The position numbers and the translations under genes were made by a program. Shown here piece by piece: positions 57,580 through 64,000 of a stretch of DNA of 64,000 bases. How positions within the stretch are numbered: the stretch's first letter is position 1; each line of letters opens with the position of its first letter. The stretch is from Cyanobacteriota bacterium (lineage in GTDB: Bacteria; Cyanobacteriota; Cyanobacteriia; PCC-6307; Cyanobiaceae). The stretch lies in assembly GCA_046052125.1 (NCBI GenBank), contig JBJOMY010000003.1, positions 192,001 to 256,000 of the forward strand, written 5' to 3'. The notes beneath the pieces are model-generated. The model was given only the letters and a program-made list of their open reading frames with translations. It was not told the DNA's origin and did no database searches.

Positions 57580-60500
57580 GGGGCAGGCTCGCCGGCTTGA
57601 GCCAGGCGTTGGTAGAGATCCCAGCGCTGCTTGAGCTCCTGCTCCGCTTGGCGCGTGAGCATGCGCGCTTGCTCTGGATCGCTGTAGCGCAGCATCCGAA
57701 AACGGTTTTCGCTGGCCATCGCTTCGGCCAGGGGCACGCTGGGGCTGCGGGAGTCGATGCTCAGGGGCGGCAATCCAGCTGCGGCGCGGCGTGGGTCGTG
57801 GCGATAGAGCAACCAGCGGCCGGCATCCACTGCCTGCTTCTGCTGCGCCATGCCCTTGGCCATGTCGATGCCGTGGGCGATGCAATGGGAGTAGGCCAGG
57901 ATCAGCGAGGGGCCGGGGTACGACTCCGCTTCCAAGAAGGCTCGCAGCGTGTGCTCGTCGCGGGCGCCCATGGCCACGCTGGCCACATACACGTGGCCGT
58001 AGGTCATCGCCATCAAGCCGAGGTCCTTCTTGCCGGTGGTTTTGCCGCCGCTGGCGAACTTGGCAACTGCGCCCTTCGGCGTGGCCTTCGACATCTGTCC
58101 GCCGGTGTTGGAGTACACCTCCGTGTCGAGCACCAGCACATTCATGTCGTGGGTGCTGGCGAAGAGGTGATCGAGACCACCGAAGCCGATGTCGTAAGCC
58201 CAGCCATCGCCGCCCACGATCCACACACTGCGCTTCACCAGATCGTCGGCCAGATCCAGGAGTTCGCGTGCCAAGGGCGCATTGGGGTCAGGAGCGTCGC
58301 TTTGTTCCGTCAGAGCCTGCAGCGCCAGCTTCAGGGCGGTGACCCGTTCGCGTTGCTCATGGATGCCTGCTTCATCGATCTGCTCCGCCTCCAGTAGGCC
58401 TGTGATCAAAGTGCTCGGTAGCTGGCCTGCCAGGGCGCGCAGCAGCCGTTCGGCGCGGCGGCGGCGCTGATCGAAGGCCACTCGGAACCCCAACCCGAAT
58501 TCGGCGTTGTCTTCAAACAGCGAATTGCTCCAGGCGGGGCCGCGCCCCTCGCCATTGCTGCTCCAGGGAGTGGTGGGAAGGTTGCCGCCGTAGATCGACG
58601 AGCAGCCGGTGGCGTTGGCGATCACCATGCGATCGCCGAACAGCTGGCTGGCGAGCTTGAGGTAAGGCGTTTCGCCGCAGCCGGCGCAGGCGCCTGGGAA
58701 TTCGAACAGGGGCTGCTGCAGCTGTTGTTGGTTGATGTGCTGCAGGTTGAGGCTGCGGCGATCCAGCTCCGGCAAACCCAGGAAATAGGCCCAGTGCTCG
58801 CGGCTCTGCTCACGCAGGGGCCGCTGCGGTGCCATGTTCAGCGCCTTGCGCCGGGGCTCGCTGCGATCGCGGGCTGGGCAGACCTCCACACAGAGGTTGC
58901 AGCCGGTGCAGTCTTCCGCTGACACCTGGATCGTGAAGCTTTGGCCTCTCCAGTGGTGGTCGCGGGCCGGCGCCGTGCGGAAGCCAGGGGGTGCGGTTGC
59001 CAGCTGCTCTGGCTCAGCAACCTTGGCCCGGATCACGGCATGGGGACACACCATCACGCACTTGCCGCACTGCACGCAGAGATCGGGCTCCCACACCGGT
59101 ACCTGCTCGGCGATGTTGCGCTTCTCCCAGCGACTGGTTCCTGTGCTGAAGCTGCCATCACAGGGGATGGCGCTCACGGGGAGCTGATCGCCGCGGCGCT
59201 GCAGTTGGGGGAGCAGTAAGTCCTGCAACTCAGCGGGGGCGGCCGCCAGGCCAGCGGGGATGGGCAGCTCGCTCAGAGGTGCTTCCGCCATGAGCGGAGC
59301 GGCGTCGGCGGGGACTGTCAGTTCCTGCAGGCCACTGCGGGCTGCCTCCATGGCTGCGAGGTTCGCCGCCACCACCTGATCCCCCTTGCGCCCATAGCTC
59401 GTTTGGATCGCCGAGCGCATCGCCAGTAGCGCCTGCTCCAGCGGCATCAGGTCTGCCACGGCGAAAAAGGCCACCTGCATCACCGTGTTGATGCGTCCTC
59501 CCAGGCCGTGCTCGCGGGCGATCGAGGCGGCATCCACCACAAACACCCGCAGCCGCTTGCGCTGGATCAGCTGCTGCACTCGCTCTGGCAGCTGCGACCA
59601 ACACTGGTCCGCTGGCCAGGGTGCGTTGAGCAGCAGCGTTCCGCCTGGGGCAGCCAGCTCCAGGAGGTCGAATTGCTGGAGAAAGTCCCAGTGGTGACAG
59701 GCCAGGAGCTGGGCCTGCTGGATCAGGTGGCTGGCTTCAATCGGCCGCGGGCTAAACCGCAGGTGCGACACCGTGACCGAGCCGGCCTTCTTGGAGTCGT
59801 ACACGAAGTAGCCCTGGCCGTGGAGACCCGTGGCGTCGCCAACGATCTTGAGGGTGTGCTTGTTGGCACCCACCGTGCCGTCGGAACCCAGACCCACAAA
59901 CACCGCCCGCAGTGTGTCGGCCGTTTCGATCGCAAAGCCAGCGTCCACCGGCAGCGACAGTTGGGTGACGTCGTCGTGGATCCCCACCGTGAAGTGCCGG
60001 CGTGGCTGATCGGCGGCGAGGTTGTCGAACACCGCCTTCACCATCGCCGGTGTGAACTCCTTCGAGGCGATCCCGTAGCGGCCGCCCACCACCAGGGGCA
60101 TATCGGCCGTGGGCCAGTGTTCGCAGACGGCCGCCAGGACGTCGAGGTAGAGCGGTTCACCCTGGCTGCCCGGTTCCTTGCAGCGATCCAGCACGGCGAT
60201 CCGCCGGGTGCTCCGCGGCAGGGCCGCCACCAGGGCGTCCCCGGCCAAGGGGCGGAACAGCCGCACCTTCAGCACTCCCACCCGCTCGCCGGCTGCGAGT
60301 AGCGCCTCAGCTGTGGAGCAGGCGGTGCTGCAACCGCTCCCCATCAGCACGATCACCCGCTCAGCTTCAGGGTGCCCCTGGTAGTCGAACAGGTGATAAC
60401 GGCGACCGGTGAGTGCCGCGAACTGATCCATCGCCGCCTGCACATGGGCAGGCAGTGCGTTGTGGAAGGGGTTCACAGCTTCCCGGGCTTGGAAGGCCAC

Positions 60501-61172
60501 ATCCGGGTTCTGGCTGGTGCCCCGCAGCGCTGGATGATCGGGTGAAAGGCCCCGGGCCCGGTGGGCTGCCACCAGGGTCTCCGGCACCAGAGCCATCAGC
60601 ACCGCATCGCTGATCAGCTCCACCCGCTGGATTTCGTGGGAGGTGCGGAAGCCATCAAAGCTGTGCAGCAGCGGAAGCCGCCCCGCCAGGCTGGCGGCTG
60701 TGGCGATGGCGGCGAAGTCGCCGCACTCCTGCACCGACGCTGCGAACAGCATCCCCCAGCCGGTGCTGCGGGCCGCCATCACATCGCTGTGGTCGCCGAA
60801 GATCGAGAGGGCTGAGGTGGCCAGCGCCCGTGAGGCCACATGGATCACCGCGGCGGTGAGCTCTCCAGCAATCTTGTAGAGGTTGGGCAGCATCAACAGC
60901 AAGCCCTGCGATGCGGTGAAGGTGGTGGTGATGGCTCCGGCCTGAAGGGCGCCGTGCACCATGCCGGCGGCACCGCCCTCGCTCTGCATTTCCACCACCT
61001 GGGGCACCTGGCCCCAGAGATTGGGGCGCCCTTCACTGGCCCAGGCATCCGCCCATTCTCCCATCGGCGAGGCGGGGGTGATCGGGTAGATCGCCATCAC
61101 TTCGTTGAGCCGGTAGGCGACCCGCGCGGCCGCTTCGTTGCCATCGAGCCAGGCCAGCTCGCTGGTGCTCAT
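57576..61172 (-). CDS. nifJ: Pyruvate:ferredoxin/flavodoxin oxidoreductase
   Basis: DGNEAAA, YPITP, EMQSEGGA, two CxxCxxC ferredoxin motifs, GACAGCGE, GGDGWAYDIG; start MSTSEL overlaps the hypC stop. Confidence 0.97.
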   Translation of the reverse strand: MSTSELAWLDGNEAAARVAYRLNEVMAIYPITPASPMGEWADAWASEGRPNLWGQVPQVVEMQSEGGAAGMVHGALQAGAITTTFTASQGLLLMLPNLYKIAGELTAAVIHVASRALATSALSIFGDHSDVMAARSTGWGMLFAASVQECGDFAAIATAASLAGRLPLLHSFDGFRTSHEIQRVELISDAVLMALVPETLVAAHRARGLSPDHPALRGTSQNPDVAFQAREAVNPFHNALPAHVQAAMDQFAALTGRRYHLFDYQGHPEAERVIVLMGSGCSTACSTAEALLAAGERVGVLKVRLFRPLAGDALVAALPRSTRRIAVLDRCKEPGSQGEPLYLDVLAAVCEHWPTADMPLVVGGRYGIASKEFTPAMVKAVFDNLAADQPRRHFTVGIHDDVTQLSLPVDAGFAIETADTLRAVFVGLGSDGTVGANKHTLKIVGDATGLHGQGYFVYDSKKAGSVTVSHLRFSPRPIEASHLIQQAQLLACHHWDFLQQFDLLELAAPGGTLLLNAPWPADQCWSQLPERVQQLIQRKRLRVFVVDAASIAREHGLGGRINTVMQVAFFAVADLMPLEQALLAMRSAIQTSYGRKGDQVVAANLAAMEAARSGLQELTVPADAAPLMAEAPLSELPIPAGLAAAPAELQDLLLPQLQRRGDQLPVSAIPCDGSFSTGTSRWEKRNIAEQVPVWEPDLCVQCGKCVMVCPHAVIRAKVAEPEQLATAPPGFRTAPARDHHWRGQSFTIQVSAEDCTGCNLCVEVCPARDRSEPRRKALNMAPQRPLREQSREHWAYFLGLPELDRRSLNLQHINQQQLQQPLFEFPGACAGCGETPYLKLASQLFGDRMVIANATGCSSIYGGNLPTTPWSSNGEGRGPAWSNSLFEDNAEFGLGFRVAFDQRRRRAERLLRALAGQLPSTLITGLLEAEQIDEAGIHEQRERVTALKLALQALTEQSDAPDPNAPLARELLDLADDLVKRSVWIVGGDGWAYDIGFGGLDHLFASTHDMNVLVLDTEVYSNTGGQMSKATPKGAVAKFASGGKTTGKKDLGLMAMTYGHVYVASVAMGARDEHTLRAFLEAESYPGPSLILAYSHCIAHGIDMAKGMAQQKQAVDAGRWLLYRHDPRRAAAGLPPLSIDSRSPSVPLAEAMASENRFRMLRYSDPEQARMLTRQAEQELKQRWDLYQRLAQAGEPAP

Positions 61173-61360
61173 GGCTCCGGCTCCAGCACCGTGAGCGCCA
61201 CGCCCACATGCACCAGCAGCTGATCTCCCACCTGTGCCTCCGGCACGCAGGCCAGGCTCACCTGGCGCAGCACGCCGCCGAAGCACACCTCGCCCATGCG
61301 CCAGAGCGGATCGGCATGGTCGCTGATGCTCACCAGCTCACCGGCGACGGCCAGGCACAT
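61169..61360 (-). CDS. hypC: Hydrogenase maturation chaperone HypC
   Basis: MCLAV.G, VGD..LVHVG.A. Confidence 0.93.
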   Translation of the reverse strand: MCLAVAGELVSISDHADPLWRMGEVCFGGVLRQVSLACVPEAQVGDQLLVHVGVALTVLEPEP

Positions 61361-61379
61361 GGCGTGCAGCCTGCGGGGA

Positions 61380-63704
61380 TCACTGATTTATAGGCATGGT
61401 TTCAGCGGCGAGCAGCTGACCGATCGGCAGGGCGGCGTCGTTGCAGGGAAGTTGCTGCGGCCAGAGGGCCTGGCAGCCCTGCTGGCGCAGAGCCTGGATG
61501 CTGAGCTCCAGCAGCAGGGCGTTTTGAAAGCAACCACCCGCCAGCAAGAGGCGTTCAGCGCTTTGTGCGCTCGCCAGCGCCGCGATGGCATTGGCCAGGG
61601 CCTGGTGGAATCCAAGGGCGATCGACTCGGCAGGAATCTCAGCGGCCAGGGACTGAAGCAGTTGCTCCAGTAGCGGTTGCCAGTTCCATTGCCAGAGATG
61701 GCTTGGCCTGTGTTCCAGGGGGAGCTGCAGCTGGCAGGCGGGTGTCTGGTGCTCCAGGGCCTGCAGGGCTAGCGCTTCCAGGGCCATGGCGGCCTGGGCT
61801 TCGTAGCTGCAGCGCTGCACCACGTTGAGCAGGGCCGCGACGGCATCAAACAACCGGCCAACACTGGAGCAGAGCGGGCTGTTGAGCCCCTGCGCAACGC
61901 TCTGCTCCAGCACGGTGAGCTCCTCACTGCTGAAGGCCTGGCGCCAAGCCAAGCCGGGTAGCCCGCCGATGCGCTCGCGCCACTGAGCGCCAAAGGCTTC
62001 CAGCAACAGTCCAAGAGCGGCACGGCGCGGTTCCCGTTGGGCTCGTTCCCCGCCCGGTAGCGCCCATGGCCGCAACCGAGCGATGCGCTGGTAGCCGTTG
62101 GGATTGATCAGCAACGCTTCTCCGCCCCAGAGGCTGCCGTCGTCTCCCTGGCCGGAGCCATCCCAGGCCACACCGAGTGCCGTTGCGCTGAGCTGATGCT
62201 CGGCCATCACCGCCAGCAAGTGCGCATGGTGGTGCTGCACGGTCTGCAGCGGCAGATCGCTGCTGCCTGCCCACTCAGCGCCCCACTGGCTTGAGCTGTA
62301 GCCGCTGTGCTGGTCGCAGAGCAGACGGTTCACGTTCAACCCCTGGCGCCTCAGCCATTGCTGGCAGGTGTGCTGGTGGTGCAGGGCTCCGGCATGACTG
62401 CTCAGGTCGCCCAGGTCTGGGCTCAGCAGCCGGTGACTGGAGGTTTGCAGCGCCAGGCTTCCCTTGATCTGGGCTCCGAGAGCCAGGGCGCCGCAGGTGT
62501 CATGGCTGGCGCTGGGCAGGGCCAGTGGCGCCAGACCGCGACCCAGGCGTAGCACCAGCGGGCCGCCTCCAGCCCAGCGCAGCACGCTGTCGTCGATGCG
62601 GTTGGTGATCGCCAGGCTGTGGCCGAGCACGTGATCGGCCAGCGCTTCCAGCTGCTCCGCATCGGCCGTTGCATCACGGCAGATCGGCTCACCCGAGCGG
62701 TTGGCGCTGGTGGCCACCAGCACGCCGCCGCAGCGTTCTAGCAATAGTTGCTGCAGGCCGCTGCTGGGGCGCATCACGCCTAGCCATGGCGATGAGCCCG
62801 CCACGGCACTGGAGATCGCAGGATCGTCTGGGCTGCGGCGGCGCACCAACACGATCGGCGCCGCTCTTGAGTGCCATAGAGCCCGCTCTTCGTTGCTGAT
62901 CAGGCAGTGATGCTCGAGCCAATGGGCATCGGCCAACAACGCCAGTGGTTTGTGCGGCCGGCCCTTGCGTTGCCGCAACCGCAGGTTGGCTGCATCGTTG
63001 GCCGGATCCACCAGGAGTTGGAAGCCGCCCACACCCTTCAGGGCAACGATCGCTCCGGCCCGCAGAGCCGCGGCTGCTGCATCGAGGCCTTCCGCAACTG
63101 ACGTGGGTGATCCGTTCCAGAGCAGCTGCGGTCCGCAGGAAGGGCAGCTGATCGTTTGGGCGTGAAAACGCCGATCGCTGGGGTTGCTGTATTCCGCTTG
63201 GCAGGTTGGGCAGAGCGGCAGCGCCTTGAAGCTGGTGTGCTCCCGCTCGAATGGCACCTGCTCCACCACGCTGTAGCGGGGGCCGCAATCGGTGCAGCTG
63301 ATGAAGGGGTAGCCGTTCCGCCGGCTTTGAGGATCGGTGAGTTCGCTCAGGCAGGCGTCGCAGATCGCCAGATCAGGGCTCACCAGCGCAGTGCTGTTGG
63401 TATCCCGTTGCGGGGGCAGGATCTGCAGGCCGCCGCCGCTACCGCGGGCCTGGCTCCAGCTCAAGGCGTGTTCATCAATCCGCGCCTGCGTCGGTGGTTG
63501 GCTGAGAAGCTGCGCGGTGAAGGCTTCCAGCGCCGAGCGGCTGCCCTCCAACTCGAGGTGAACGCCGCTGCTGCTATTGGCCACGGTGCCGCTCACGCCA
63601 TGCACCGCGGCCAGGCGCACCACGTGGGGGCGCAGGCCCACCCCCTGCACCAGCCCCTGCAGGTGCAGGCTGAGGTGCTGCGGATGCTCAGCCGGTTTGG
63701 CCAT
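61380..63704 (-). CDS. hypF: Carbamoyltransferase HypF
   Basis: [10 protein letters not shown], zinc-finger CxxC pairs, RRFHAQ, KGVGGF, QHHHAH, DG.G.G.DG, PCND. Confidence 0.96.
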   Translation of the reverse strand: MAKPAEHPQHLSLHLQGLVQGVGLRPHVVRLAAVHGVSGTVANSSSGVHLELEGSRSALEAFTAQLLSQPPTQARIDEHALSWSQARGSGGGLQILPPQRDTNSTALVSPDLAICDACLSELTDPQSRRNGYPFISCTDCGPRYSVVEQVPFEREHTSFKALPLCPTCQAEYSNPSDRRFHAQTISCPSCGPQLLWNGSPTSVAEGLDAAAAALRAGAIVALKGVGGFQLLVDPANDAANLRLRQRKGRPHKPLALLADAHWLEHHCLISNEERALWHSRAAPIVLVRRRSPDDPAISSAVAGSSPWLGVMRPSSGLQQLLLERCGGVLVATSANRSGEPICRDATADAEQLEALADHVLGHSLAITNRIDDSVLRWAGGGPLVLRLGRGLAPLALPSASHDTCGALALGAQIKGSLALQTSSHRLLSPDLGDLSSHAGALHHQHTCQQWLRRQGLNVNRLLCDQHSGYSSSQWGAEWAGSSDLPLQTVQHHHAHLLAVMAEHQLSATALGVAWDGSGQGDDGSLWGGEALLINPNGYQRIARLRPWALPGGERAQREPRRAALGLLLEAFGAQWRERIGGLPGLAWRQAFSSEELTVLEQSVAQGLNSPLCSSVGRLFDAVAALLNVVQRCSYEAQAAMALEALALQALEHQTPACQLQLPLEHRPSHLWQWNWQPLLEQLLQSLAAEIPAESIALGFHQALANAIAALASAQSAERLLLAGGCFQNALLLELSIQALRQQGCQALWPQQLPCNDAALPIGQLLAAETMPINQ

Positions 63705-64000
63705 CGAGCCAGTCGATCAGTGCATCCATCCCGCTGCCGGTGCGGGCCGATAGCTCAAACAGCTCCGCCTGCGGAGCGATGGCACGCAGATTGGCGATCG
63801 CCCCCCGGCGATCGAAGACCACCGCCTCGGCGATGTCGGTTTTGTTGATCACCACGGCATCGGCGCTTTTGAACAGGGCCGGGTATTTGAGCGGTTTGTC
63901 TTCCCCTTCCGTGACCGACAGCACGGCGATGCGCCGCGCTTCTCCCAGATCGAAGGCGGCCGGGCACACCAGATTGCCCACGTTTTCAATCACCAGCAGG
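63688..64000 (-). CDS. hypB: Hydrogenase nickel incorporation GTPase HypB (3' part only)
   Basis: [33 protein letters not shown]. Confidence 0.95.
   Translation of the reverse strand, partial: LLVIENVGNLVCPAAFDLGEARRIAVLSVTEGEDKPLKYPALFKSADAVVINKTDIAEAVVFDRRGAIANLRAIAPQAELFELSARTGSGMDALIDWLDGQTG

Noticed and set aside
56560..58224. 554-aa version of the DHODH-like ORF, and the nifJ extension to 61286
   Set aside because: The extensions overlap nifJ and hypC in other frames; ATGA overlaps mark the real starts at 57579 and 61172.

Overview
High-GC picocyanobacterial (Synechococcus/Cyanobium-type) chromosome segment, identified from gene content and order. Bases 1-22.7 kb are mostly housekeeping genes: chlL, por, psaM, trpF, folE, accA, aar/ado alkane synthesis, an S1 protein, Tab2, pgeF, a photolyase/cryptochrome and a cyAbrB regulator. 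From about 22.7 kb to the window end is an accessory region that looks dedicated to low-oxygen and aggregated (biofilm) life. It contains: (1) a divergent D1'-like psbA with an intact Mn-ligand set but a remodelled QB side; (2) several homologues of the mycobacterial DosR dormancy gene set; (3) a poly-gamma-glutamate locus with pgsB, an internally duplicated pgsC, a lipoprotein CapA, an orphan membrane-fusion protein and an NlpC/P60-like protein; (4) cfa, a group-2-like sigma factor, four small ribbon-helix-helix genes, a second cyAbrB and a GAF-GGDEF protein; (5) an AT-richer cassette with two Cys-free double-glycine-leader peptides, a C39 peptidase ABC exporter, HlyD and a secreted cargo (EbfG/PteB-like, possibly amyloid matrix); (6) a HicA-like/eRF1-like fusion; (7) a hypB-F-C-nifJ-DHODH-like-hypD-E operon. 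I recognised no rRNA, tRNA, CRISPR array, transposase or integrase. All family assignments come from motif recognition by eye; no database searches were run.
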